From Gemmatimonadales bacterium (GTDB lineage Bacteria; Gemmatimonadota; Gemmatimonadetes; Gemmatimonadales; GWC2-71-9): DNA of 40,881 nt. Position numbers and translations under genes: made by a program. A model generated the notes under the pieces. It was given only the letters and a program-made list of their open reading frames with translations. It ran no database searches and was not told the origin of the DNA. This document shows positions 26,623-35,770 of this stretch, piece after piece. Within the stretch, counting starts at the first letter, position 1; each line of letters starts with the position of its first letter. The DNA is taken from positions 1-40,881 of the forward strand of contig JBFJCP010000034.1 in assembly GCA_041615815.1 (NCBI GenBank). Reading direction: 5' to 3'.

Positions 26623-27739
26623 ATGCCGAACGTCAAGTTGACCCACGACGCGTATCGCCATGCCCTCGCGGTCCGGGACCTCACGGATCCGGCACGTGGC
26701 GGGCACGCCATGCAGCTGCTGATCGCCGCGATCGAAACGGCCCTGCGGGTGGCTTGGGGGTGCGACTTGCTCCTCCATCGTGCGCATCCCGTGGTGTCGG
26801 TTGCCGATAACTACGACCGGCTGCACTACCCACCGGGGGGAGCGGCGAGAGACGCGCGATACACACGATACGTCAGCGAGACGCTGCTCCTCAGGACGCA
26901 CACCTCGGCCATGATCCCGGCGCTGCTGCGCCGGCTCGCGGTCGAGCCGCCCCGCGACGTGCTGTTGGTCTGTCCCGGTCTCGTCTATCGCCGAGATCAG
27001 ATCGATCGTCTGCACACGGGGGAACCGCACCAGCTGGATCTCTGGCGGATCTATCGGGGGAGACTCGGGGTGGATTCCCTGCGAGACATGATCGCCTGCG
27101 TGGTCACCGCCGCGCTTCCAGGGCGCGACCCCATCACCGCGGCCACCACGCATCCGTACACCGAGCACGGCCTCGAGATCTACGTCCGCGATGGGGAGCA
27201 CCGGGTGGAGGTTGGCGAGTGCGGTCTCGCATCGCCCCACGTCCTCCAGGAAGCCGGACTCGACCCGCGGGTGTATAGTGGCCTCGCGATGGGGCTCGGT
27301 CTCGATCGGATCCTGATGATGCGAAAAGGCGTGGAGGACATCCGGTTGCTGCGCAGCGCCGACCAGCGGGTCGCTGCACAAATGCTGGACCTCGAGCGCT
27401 ACCAACCGGTGTCCAACCAACCACGCATCCGGAGGGATCTTTTCGGTGGCCGTGACACAGGACCTTACGCCGGAAGAGTTGGGTGATCGGGTGCGCGAGG
27501 TGCTGGGTGACTCCGCGCTCCAACTCGAGAGCCTGGATGTGGTATCCGAAACCGCGTACGACGCCCTGCCGGCATCGGCGATCCACCGCATGGGAATTCA
27601 GCCCCATCAGAAGAATTTGCTGATTCGATTGGTGATTCGTGATCCCGTACGCACACTGACGGCGGAAGAGGCCAATCGGCTCCGGGATCGCGTGTACGCC
27701 GCGGTGCATGAGGGGGAAAAGGGCGAGTGGGCGAGATAG
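26623..27739 (+). CDS. PheRS-alpha-like class II ligase with C-terminal FDX-ACB domain, split by a +1 frameshift at 27439-27442
   Basis: Frame 0 has LLRTHTS, PGLVYRRDQID..H...HQ and GLAMGLGLDRILM..DIRLL. The +1 frame restores RRDLSVAV and LLIRLVIRDPVRTLTAEEAN (FDX-ACB). Joined product is 371 aa; the unshifted product is 287 aa (stop at 27486). Confidence 0.85.
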
Positions 27740-27789
27740 GGGCTAGGGGCCCATCTAGTCCCTAACCCCTGGCTCCTATGACTCCTATC
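27737..27789. repeat. opposed heptamer arrays at a convergent gene junction
   Basis: taggggc taggggc facing atctagt ccctaac ccctggc tcctatg; the TAG stops of both flanking genes lie in repeat-like units. Confidence 0.75.
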
Positions 27790-29863
27790 TGTTCGACACC
27801 TCTGCACCCGCTGCCGTCGGCTCGGCGACGTCCTTCACATGTTGCTCGTACCAACTCATCATGTAGAGCAACGTGCGCATGGCATTGGAGGGTTTCGCTC
27901 CCGTCCCGTGGTACTCGCCCTGGAACCGCAGCAGCTTGGTGGGGACGCCACGGAGCTTGAGCGTCGTAAAGAGCTCCTCGGACTGCGGCATCGGGGTTCG
28001 CATGTCGAGCTCGCCCGTCATGACGAGGGTCGGCGTGTTGATGTTCCCCACATACATTACGGACGACTGCTCGAGCCACTGCGCGGGGTTTTCCCAGAAC
28101 GGCTGATGGAAGAAGCTCAGCGTGAACTGTGGAATATCAGTCTGTCCGAGCATGCTGATCCAGTTGGTGACGGGACACCGCACGGCCGCCGCGGCGAAGC
28201 GATCGGTGTGGCCGATCACCCAGCTGGAAAGCACACCTCCTCCACTGCATCCACCCACGTACATTCGCGTGGTGTCGACAATGCCCTGGCCGATCACGGC
28301 GTCGACGCCGGCCATGAGGTCGTCGTAGTCCACGCTGGGATACGCGTGATCGATGGCACGGGAGAAGTCCTCGCCGTAACCCGTGCTGCCACGGGGGTTC
28401 GTGTACAACACGAGGTAGCCGTTGGCCGCCATCATCTGAAACCGGACGTCGAAGCCCACGGTATACATGGCAAATGGCCCGCCGTGGATCTCCATGATGA
28501 GCGGGTACTGTTGCGACGGATCGAAATCGGGTGGCTTGACGATCCATCCTTGAATGCGTGCGTTGTTGCTGGAGGTGTACCGGATCTGCTCCACGTCGCC
28601 CAAGCGTTTTCCAAAGAGAAGGTCACTGTTGACGTTCGTGAGCCTTTGCGTCGAGCCGTTCGCCAGATTCACCCGGACCACGTCGCCGGGTTCGTCGAAG
28701 TCGCTCCGCGTGCCGACACCGGTGGATCCGGAAATCGAGCTCAATGCAAGGACCTGCGTACCGCGGGTGACCGGACGAACGCCATCCTGGATCGATGCCA
28801 GATGCACGTTCACCGTTCCTTCGTCCTGTGCGGTGAAGTAGATCCCGCCGGAGTTGGGAGCCCACCAGATCGACATGGGATTCCGGTCGAATGCTCCCAT
28901 CAGGTTGCGAACGTTGGTGCCGTCCATTCCCATCACGTAGACGTCCGGAGCCGAGTACGTGGCCGGATTCTGCGGATACCCCGTGAAGGCGATCCGTTGT
29001 CCGTTGGGCGACACTTTCGGGTCGGACCAAAAACCCGCCTGGCGAGTGAGCTGTCGCACTTGCTTCGTCCGGACGTTCACGGCGTAGATATGCGATCGCT
29101 GGTAGGCGTGATCGCCATCCTCGTCCATGAGGCCGTCGAATATGATGGTCTGACCGTCGGGTGCCCAATCGAAGCCGACGCCAAACGCGAGGCCATCGAA
29201 CCGCGCACCCACGTTCCAGTCGCCGCTCGTGATCGGTTGTGGCGTACCGCCGTCTGCGGTGACCACGAAGAGATGCGTGAATCCCGGATCGGTGAATCCG
29301 CGCCGGTCCTGGCGGTAGTGTAGCCGATCCACCACGCGGGGCGCCTCCGTCCACTTTGCCCCCTCGGGCGGTGTGGGCATCTCGATCTGCCATTGGTCTT
29401 TTGACTCGACCGTCATGGCAAACGCGATGCTGGTGCCGTCGGGTGACCACGCGGGGCTCTCCGGACTCTCGGTGAGCCGTGTGATCTGGGAGGTTGCGCC
29501 CTCGGCATCCATCCAGCGTACGAAGATCTGTGACCCCTTGGGCTCGCCCTCGGCAAGGTAGAGAATCCGCGAACCGTCCGGCGACCATCGGGGGCTCGAT
29601 CCCTTCACCAAAAACCGATTGCGCGAGCCGTCGGCATTGATGATCCAGAGCGCCGACTCCCACTTGTCCTCCAGTTTGTCGACCCACCGACGGGTGTACA
29701 CGACGCGTGATCCGTCGGGCGAGATCTGCGGATCGCCCACCCGTTCGAGATCCAGATAGTCGGCGACCGTGAGGTGGTTGGACGTCGGGGTATCCTGCGC
29801 GTACACCGGGAGGGCAAGCACCGTGACGGCAAACGTGACGAGGAGCGCTGGAACGAACCGCAT
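27785..29863 (-). CDS. secreted S9 family (prolyl oligopeptidase/acylaminoacyl) peptidase
   Basis: Signal peptide (VYA-QD), PD40-like WSPDG propeller repeats, HGGP, GCSGGG nucleophile, ELDMR and GEYHG triad. Confidence 0.95.
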   Translation of the reverse strand: MRFVPALLVTFAVTVLALPVYAQDTPTSNHLTVADYLDLERVGDPQISPDGSRVVYTRRWVDKLEDKWESALWIINADGSRNRFLVKGSSPRWSPDGSRILYLAEGEPKGSQIFVRWMDAEGATSQITRLTESPESPAWSPDGTSIAFAMTVESKDQWQIEMPTPPEGAKWTEAPRVVDRLHYRQDRRGFTDPGFTHLFVVTADGGTPQPITSGDWNVGARFDGLAFGVGFDWAPDGQTIIFDGLMDEDGDHAYQRSHIYAVNVRTKQVRQLTRQAGFWSDPKVSPNGQRIAFTGYPQNPATYSAPDVYVMGMDGTNVRNLMGAFDRNPMSIWWAPNSGGIYFTAQDEGTVNVHLASIQDGVRPVTRGTQVLALSSISGSTGVGTRSDFDEPGDVVRVNLANGSTQRLTNVNSDLLFGKRLGDVEQIRYTSSNNARIQGWIVKPPDFDPSQQYPLIMEIHGGPFAMYTVGFDVRFQMMAANGYLVLYTNPRGSTGYGEDFSRAIDHAYPSVDYDDLMAGVDAVIGQGIVDTTRMYVGGCSGGGVLSSWVIGHTDRFAAAAVRCPVTNWISMLGQTDIPQFTLSFFHQPFWENPAQWLEQSSVMYVGNINTPTLVMTGELDMRTPMPQSEELFTTLKLRGVPTKLLRFQGEYHGTGAKPSNAMRTLLYMMSWYEQHVKDVAEPTAAGAEVSNR

Positions 29864-30020
29864 AGGAACTCCGGGAGGAATTATTCCTCTAAAACAAGCC
29901 ACAGGTGAGGGTAGAGGGAAGAGGGAGCGAAGATTTCGGAGTGCCCAATGCAGATGGCCGAATTCTGCAGGGGAGAATCCGGGCCGGGCCAACCGCGGCC
30001 CTTTGCGCTCGGCACTCCCT

Positions 30021-31364
30021 TCATTCGGTACTCGGCACTCGCTGGTCCGTCTCCGGCAGCACGGCGTTCAGCACTAGTGCCACGAGTCCGCCGGTCACGA
30101 GTCCCGATCCCAGAAGCGTGCGGAGCGCATCAGGCACGTGCTGGAGCGCGTCGGGTCGGAGCTCCACGCCGAGGCCGAGACCCAACGAGACGGCGAGGAT
30201 GACCATGTTGCGCTGTGTGAGGTGGGTACTGCGGTGGATGATGGCTGCTCCGCTGGCAAAGATCATGGCGAACATGATGAGCCCGCCACCGCCAATCACG
30301 GCCGGCGGGATCGTGGCCAACAGCGCGCCCACTTTGGGTACGATGCCCAACAGAATGAGGATGACGCCTGCCACCCCGGTCACGTGACGGCTCACGATCC
30401 CGGTGAAGTTCACGAGCCCCACGTTCTGCGAGTATGAAGTATTGGGAAACGCGCCGAACAGCGCCGCGAGCGCGCTCATGACGCCGTCGGCGATCAGTCC
30501 GCCCTTGAGTTCGCTCGTCGTAGGCTCCCTCCCCGCGGCCGCGAGAATGCCGGAGATGTCCCCGAGGGTCTCCATCGTACTGATCACGTAGATGAATCCC
30601 ATGAGGACGATGGCATTCCAATGAAACTCGACTCCCCACACCAGCGGTTGGGGGACGGCGATCCAGCGGGCGGAGGTGAGGCCGGAGAAATCCACCTCGC
30701 CAATGCCAACCGCCAGCGCGTATCCCACGATCACCCCAATCAGCATGCTGGCATAGCCGACGAAGCCGCGGGAGATCCGGTTTAGCACGAGCGTCACCAG
30801 GAACACGATCCCCGCCACCCCCAGGTTGGTGAGCGAGCCGTAGTCGGCCGCTCCCACGCCACCGGCCGCGTAGTCGACACCCACGGGGATGAGCGTGAGC
30901 CCGATCAGCATCACGACCGTTCCGTTGACCAGCGGTGGGAAGAGCCGGCGGAAACGGCCAATCGAGAATCCGAGCACCACCTCCACTGCGGCGGCGACCA
31001 GGCAAGCGCCAAAGACCGCAGGGAGACCGTACTGGTGCCCAATCGCGATGATCCCGCCCACGAACGCGATGCTGGTTCCCATGATCACCGGAATGCGACC
31101 GCCCACGGGACCAATCGGATAGGCCTGGACCAGCGTGGCCACGCCGGCCATGAAGAACACCATTTGTAGCAGGAAAGCCGTGTCGCCGGTCGCGAGACCG
31201 AGCGCGCCAGCCACCAAGAGTGGGGGAGTGACGTTCCCGAGCAGCATCGCCACTAGATGCTGCACACCCAACGGCACGGCTTCCCGAATCGGCGGACGGT
31301 CGTCGATGTCGTAAACGACAGCGGTGGTCGTGCGAGGCTTGATGCGCTCGGAGTGCGGAACTAT
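30021..31364 (-). CDS. NCS2/NAT nucleobase:cation symporter (xanthine/urate type)
   Basis: QH motif in TM1 and NAT signature QNVGLVNFTG. The family-typical YDIDDRPP lies upstream of GTG 31277, so the start is placed tentatively at ATA 31364. Confidence 0.9.
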   Translation of the reverse strand: MVPHSERIKPRTTTAVVYDIDDRPPIREAVPLGVQHLVAMLLGNVTPPLLVAGALGLATGDTAFLLQMVFFMAGVATLVQAYPIGPVGGRIPVIMGTSIAFVGGIIAIGHQYGLPAVFGACLVAAAVEVVLGFSIGRFRRLFPPLVNGTVVMLIGLTLIPVGVDYAAGGVGAADYGSLTNLGVAGIVFLVTLVLNRISRGFVGYASMLIGVIVGYALAVGIGEVDFSGLTSARWIAVPQPLVWGVEFHWNAIVLMGFIYVISTMETLGDISGILAAAGREPTTSELKGGLIADGVMSALAALFGAFPNTSYSQNVGLVNFTGIVSRHVTGVAGVILILLGIVPKVGALLATIPPAVIGGGGLIMFAMIFASGAAIIHRSTHLTQRNMVILAVSLGLGLGVELRPDALQHVPDALRTLLGSGLVTGGLVALVLNAVLPETDQRVPSTE

Positions 31365-31443
31365 CGTTACGGCTCCTCGATAGCTACTGGTGAGTGTTCA
31401 CGGCCGCTGTCTGGCGGCGTCTTCCTCCCCAACCACTACGGAG

Positions 31444-31953
31444 ATGAGCCTCGTGGGCCCGTCGATCCCCGTCAAGGTCTCCGTCAATGGCGTGCCGTAT
31501 GAGCGGCGTGTCGAGCCACGCCTGTTGCTCAGCGACTTTCTGCGGCATGAGCTCGGGCTCACCGGCACCCACGTGGGTTGCGAACACGGCGTCTGCGGCG
31601 CGTGCACGGTGCTCGTAGATGGGGAGGCGGTGCGGTCCTGCCTCATGTTGGCCGTACAGGTGCGCGACCGCGACGTCATGACCGTTGAGGGACTCGCAGC
31701 TTCGGGTCAGGATACGCTCCATCCCCTGCAAGCCGCCTTCCGAGACGCGCACGGGCTGCAATGCGGCTTCTGTACGCCCGGCATCTTGATGACATTGATT
31801 CCGTTCCTCGAGGAGAACCCCCGCCCCAGCGAAGAGGAAATCCGCTACGCCATCTCGGGCAATCTGTGCCGCTGCACCGGCTACCAAAACATCGTCGAAG
31901 CCACGCGCCTGGCCGCCGATCGAGCCGCCCAGCGTGAAGGATCGACGGCGTGA
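31444..31953 (+). CDS. molybdenum hydroxylase 2Fe-2S small subunit (CoxS-like)
   Basis: GCEHGVCGACT and QCGFCTPG...NLCRCTGY motifs. Confidence 0.95.
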   Translation: MSLVGPSIPVKVSVNGVPYERRVEPRLLLSDFLRHELGLTGTHVGCEHGVCGACTVLVDGEAVRSCLMLAVQVRDRDVMTVEGLAASGQDTLHPLQAAFRDAHGLQCGFCTPGILMTLIPFLEENPRPSEEEIRYAISGNLCRCTGYQNIVEATRLAADRAAQREGSTA

Positions 31954-31981
31954 CCACGCGCACACCCCGCGGGTTGCATCC

Positions 31982-34336
31982 ATGACGGCGGGTCGCTACT
32001 TCGGTCAGTCCATCCGACGCAACGAAGACGCGCGTTTGCTCACCGGTCGGGCGCTCTTCGTCGACGATGTGCACCTGGACGGAATGTTACACGTGGCGTT
32101 CCTGCGGAGCGATTTTGCACACGGGACATTGCGGGGGGTCGATTGCGCCGCGGCCCGCGCGCGGGACGGGGTCGTGGCCGTCTATTCGGCTGAGGACTTG
32201 GGCGATTACTGGCAGCCCGGCCCGCTGCTCGTGCCGCCGCCCCCGATCAAAGGCCACGTGTTTCACGTGGCCACCCAGGTTCCCCTCGCCCGCCACAAGG
32301 TGCGTCACGTTGGCGAACCCATCGCCATGATCGTCGCGGAAAGCCGCTATGTGGCTGAAGATGCGCTTGCGGATATCGAGGTTGACCTCGAGCCGCTGGA
32401 GGCGGTGGTCGACGTGGAGCGAGCATTGGCGGTGGACTCGCCCCGCATTCACGAGCATCTGGAGTCGAATCTGGCGGCGCACGTGGTGCAACAGAAAGGC
32501 GATTACGCGCGTGCTCGGGATGACGCGGCGGTGGTGGTGGCGCGGCGGTTCCGGTACGACCGCGGTGCGTCCGCTCCCATGGAGAATCGCGGGATCGTTG
32601 CCCACTGGGATGCCCGTGCCGAAGAGCTCACCTTGTGGGACACGACACAGGCGCCTATCCCCATCCGCAACGGCCTGGCGCGCCTGCTCGGGCTCATGGA
32701 ATCGCAGGTGCGGGTGGTGGCGCCGTTCATCGGTGGCGGCTTCGGGCCCAAGATCATGATGTTCTATCCGGAAGAAGTCCTGCTGCCATGGGCGTCGATG
32801 CAGCTCTCGGTGCCCCTCAAGTGGATCGAGGATCGCCAAGAGAGCTTCTACGGCACCACCCAGGAGCGAGGCCAGGTACACGACGCCGAGATTGCGGTTA
32901 CCAAGGACGGGACGATCTTGGGTGTGCGCGATGTGTTTCTGCACGATTCCGGTGCCTACGACCCGTACGGCCTCACGGTTCCCATCAACAGCCAGTGCAC
33001 GCTCCTTGGGCCCTACCGGGTGCCGAACTACTACTCCGAGTTCACCGCGGTTTTCACCAACAAGACGATCGTGACACCGGTGCGTGGCGCCGGTCGTCAA
33101 CACGGCGTGTTCGTGATGGAACGGCTGCTGGACTTGGCGGCGCGCAAACTGGGCATCGACCGGGTACAGATTCGAAAACGCAATTATCTGTCACCGGACG
33201 AGTTTCCGCATGACCATGCGATCCTGTTCCAGGACTCCGCGCCGCTGCTGTACGACAGCGGTGACTACCTCCCCTCGATGGAAAAAGCGGAGGAGCTGAT
33301 CGGGTATCGCGCGTTCATCGAGGAGGAGCAACCTCGGCTGCGAGCTGAGGGTCGTCATGTGGGGCTGGGCATTGTCTCGTACGTGGAGGGCACCGGCATC
33401 GGACCGTACGAGGGGGCGCGCGTGACCGTGGAGCCGAGTGGCCGGGTCCGCGTCGCGACCGGCGTCGGAACGCAGGGGCAGGGACATTTCACGGCCTTTG
33501 CACAGATCGTCGCGGAGGTCTTGGATGTCGATGTCACCAACGTACAGGTGATCACGGGTGACACCCGCGAGTTCGGCTGGGGGACCGGAACCTTTGCCAG
33601 TCGAGGCGCGGTCGTCGCGGGCAGTGCCTGTTACGAGGCCGCGCTCCGTGTGCGCGACAAGATTACCAAGCTCGCCGGTGAGGCCCTCGAGGTGGCGCCC
33701 GACGATATCGAGCTGTCAAACGGTCGCGCACAGGTCAAGGGCGTGCCGTCGCGCGCGCTCGAGCTGGGTGAGCTGGCCGTCCGCGCCAACCCACTGCGCG
33801 GGGCGGTCCGGCCAGGAACGGAGCCGGGTCTCGAATCCACGGCGTACTTCGGTCCGGCTCGCGGCAGCACGGCCAACGGCGTCCACGCCATGATCGTCGA
33901 GGTCGACCCCGAGACGGCCATGGTCGAGATCAAACGGTACGTGGTGGTACACGACTGCGGTCACGTCATCAACCCCCTGCTCGTTGAAGCCCAAGTGCAG
34001 GGCGGCGTGGCCCATGGTATTGGCAACGCGTTCTACGAGCAGCTCGTCTACAATGAGGACGGGCAGCTCCTGAATGCCTCGTTCATGGACTATCTCGTTC
34101 CCACCTCCACTGACGTGCCCTCCGTTGAGATGGGCCATGTCGTGACACCCTCGCCCCTCAATCCGCTTGGGGTGAAGGGAGTCGGAGAAGCGGGGGCGAT
34201 ACCCACGGGCGCTCTGTTTGCGCAGGCCGTGGAGGATGCGCTTCGCGACCTCAACGTGGAGGTCTGCGAGATTCCGCTGAGTCCCAATCGATTGTTCGAT
34301 CTCATGCGAGAGGCAGGTGCAAGTGCCAGGGGTTGA
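31982..34336 (+). CDS. xanthine dehydrogenase family molybdopterin-binding large subunit (CoxL form II-like)
   Basis: IGGGFGPK, PVRGAGR, QGQGH, TFASRG and KGVGEAG motifs. Confidence 0.95.
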   Translation: MTAGRYFGQSIRRNEDARLLTGRALFVDDVHLDGMLHVAFLRSDFAHGTLRGVDCAAARARDGVVAVYSAEDLGDYWQPGPLLVPPPPIKGHVFHVATQVPLARHKVRHVGEPIAMIVAESRYVAEDALADIEVDLEPLEAVVDVERALAVDSPRIHEHLESNLAAHVVQQKGDYARARDDAAVVVARRFRYDRGASAPMENRGIVAHWDARAEELTLWDTTQAPIPIRNGLARLLGLMESQVRVVAPFIGGGFGPKIMMFYPEEVLLPWASMQLSVPLKWIEDRQESFYGTTQERGQVHDAEIAVTKDGTILGVRDVFLHDSGAYDPYGLTVPINSQCTLLGPYRVPNYYSEFTAVFTNKTIVTPVRGAGRQHGVFVMERLLDLAARKLGIDRVQIRKRNYLSPDEFPHDHAILFQDSAPLLYDSGDYLPSMEKAEELIGYRAFIEEEQPRLRAEGRHVGLGIVSYVEGTGIGPYEGARVTVEPSGRVRVATGVGTQGQGHFTAFAQIVAEVLDVDVTNVQVITGDTREFGWGTGTFASRGAVVAGSACYEAALRVRDKITKLAGEALEVAPDDIELSNGRAQVKGVPSRALELGELAVRANPLRGAVRPGTEPGLESTAYFGPARGSTANGVHAMIVEVDPETAMVEIKRYVVVHDCGHVINPLLVEAQVQGGVAHGIGNAFYEQLVYNEDGQLLNASFMDYLVPTSTDVPSVEMGHVVTPSPLNPLGVKGVGEAGAIPTGALFAQAVEDALRDLNVEVCEIPLSPNRLFDLMREAGASARG

Positions 34337-34381
34337 GGGTTCGGGTTCCGTGCGTGCTCCGAAGATGGAGTTGGTGTTCTC

Positions 34382-34837
34382 ATGATCGTCGAAGGTGATT
34401 TCACGTTTCAAGGGCCCAGAGAGACGGTCTGGGGCCTTCTGCAGGACCCGGAAGTGCTGGCCAAGGCGCTCCCCGGTACGAAAGAGCTCACCCAGGTGGC
34501 GCCCGATCAGTATGAAGGAGTCATGCAGGTGGCGCTCGGACCCATCACAGCAGCCAAGTTCACGGTCAAGGTGGAGCTCAAAGACAAGGTCGTTCCCGAG
34601 CGCTACGACATGATGATCGACGGTCGCGGTCCGGTGGGCTACACCCGGGGTGTGGCCAAGGTCACGTTAGCGGAGCACGGAGACGGTGCCACCGTCATGA
34701 CGTATCGTGCCGACCTTCAGATCGGCGGGAAGGTTGCTGCTGTGGGCCAGCGTCTGTTGGATTCGGTGAGCAAGATGATGACCAAGAAAGGGCTCGACGC
34801 GCTGAACGACGAGCTCAAGAAGCGGCTCGGGCCTTAG
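34382..34837 (+). CDS. CoxG / SRPBCC family protein
   Basis: VWGLLQDPEVLAKALPG and GGKVAAVGQRLL motifs. Confidence 0.9.
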   Translation: MIVEGDFTFQGPRETVWGLLQDPEVLAKALPGTKELTQVAPDQYEGVMQVALGPITAAKFTVKVELKDKVVPERYDMMIDGRGPVGYTRGVAKVTLAEHGDGATVMTYRADLQIGGKVAAVGQRLLDSVSKMMTKKGLDALNDELKKRLGP

Positions 34838-34848
34838 CGCAGGCCACC

Positions 34849-35730
34849 GTGAAGCCTGCACCCTTCGTCTACCACGCTCCAACGTCGCTCGAGCAAGCTC
34901 TCGCCCTGTTGCGGGAGCATGGAGAGGAGGCCAAACCTCTCGCGGGTGGTCAAAGTCTCATTCCGTCGATGAACTTTCGTCTCGCGCAGCCGGTTGTGCT
35001 CGTGGATCTCAATGGCGTGAACGAACTGACCTACCTCGAGGCGACTCCCGACGGATTACGGATGGGAGCCATGACCCGTCAGCGCGCCGTCGAGCGGAGT
35101 GCCGTCGTGGGCCGGTGCGTGCCGCTACTCCACGAGGTGATGCCATTCGTGGCTCATGCCCAGATCCGCAATCGCGGCACGGTAGGTGGATCGTTGGCCC
35201 ACGCCGATCCCGCCGCCGAGCTCCCAGCGGTCATGGTTGCGTTGAATGCACGGTTCCACTTGCGGAGCGCGGATGGTGGACGTTCAGTGGGGGCCCAGGA
35301 TTTTTTCACCGGGCTCTTTGCCACGGTGCTCGAGCCCGGCGAGTTGTTGGTTGAGATCGAGGTTCCGGCCAAGGGTCCCCGAACCGGTCATGCCTTTCGC
35401 GAGATCTCTCGGCGTCACGGGGACTATGCGCTGGTGGGGGTGTCCGCGAGTCTGACCCTCGACGAGACCGGCAGCGTGGATGCGGCGCGGATCGCGCTGC
35501 TGAGTGTTGGCGACGGTCCCGTCGCGGCGTCGGGTGCCGCGCGGTCGCTCATCGGTGAACGTCCGAGCGCCGAGGTCATCGCCGCGGCGGCGGAGGTGGC
35601 GGCGACCACGGATATCGACCCGCCGACTGACATTCACGCCTCCGCTTCGTATCGACGACAGCTGGTCCGCGTGCTCACCCGCCGGGCACTGCTGGCGGCG
35701 GCCGAACGGGCATCGGTGGCTGGCGCGTGA
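34849..35730 (+). CDS. molybdenum hydroxylase FAD-binding medium subunit (CoxM-like)
   Basis: MKPAPFVY, LAGGQSL, IRNRGTVGGS.AHADPAAE and RRHGDYA motifs. Confidence 0.95.
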   Translation: MKPAPFVYHAPTSLEQALALLREHGEEAKPLAGGQSLIPSMNFRLAQPVVLVDLNGVNELTYLEATPDGLRMGAMTRQRAVERSAVVGRCVPLLHEVMPFVAHAQIRNRGTVGGSLAHADPAAELPAVMVALNARFHLRSADGGRSVGAQDFFTGLFATVLEPGELLVEIEVPAKGPRTGHAFREISRRHGDYALVGVSASLTLDETGSVDAARIALLSVGDGPVAASGAARSLIGERPSAEVIAAAAEVAATTDIDPPTDIHASASYRRQLVRVLTRRALLAAAERASVAGA

Positions 35731-35770
35731 TCGAAATCTTCGCGCCGCTGCCTCGGTCCCTGCCGCCCTC

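Noticed and set aside
27839..29323. Long antisense and alternate-frame ORFs (also 18846-20108, 11886-13370, 32087-33103, 26416-27591)
   Set aside because: Shadow ORFs of well-supported genes in GC-rich DNA; Arg/Pro/Gly/His-rich with no motifs.
31982..34336. Aerobic CO dehydrogenase (form I coxL)
   Set aside because: The active-site loop is PVRGAGR, not AYXCSFR, and the context is nucleobase transport and hydrolases.
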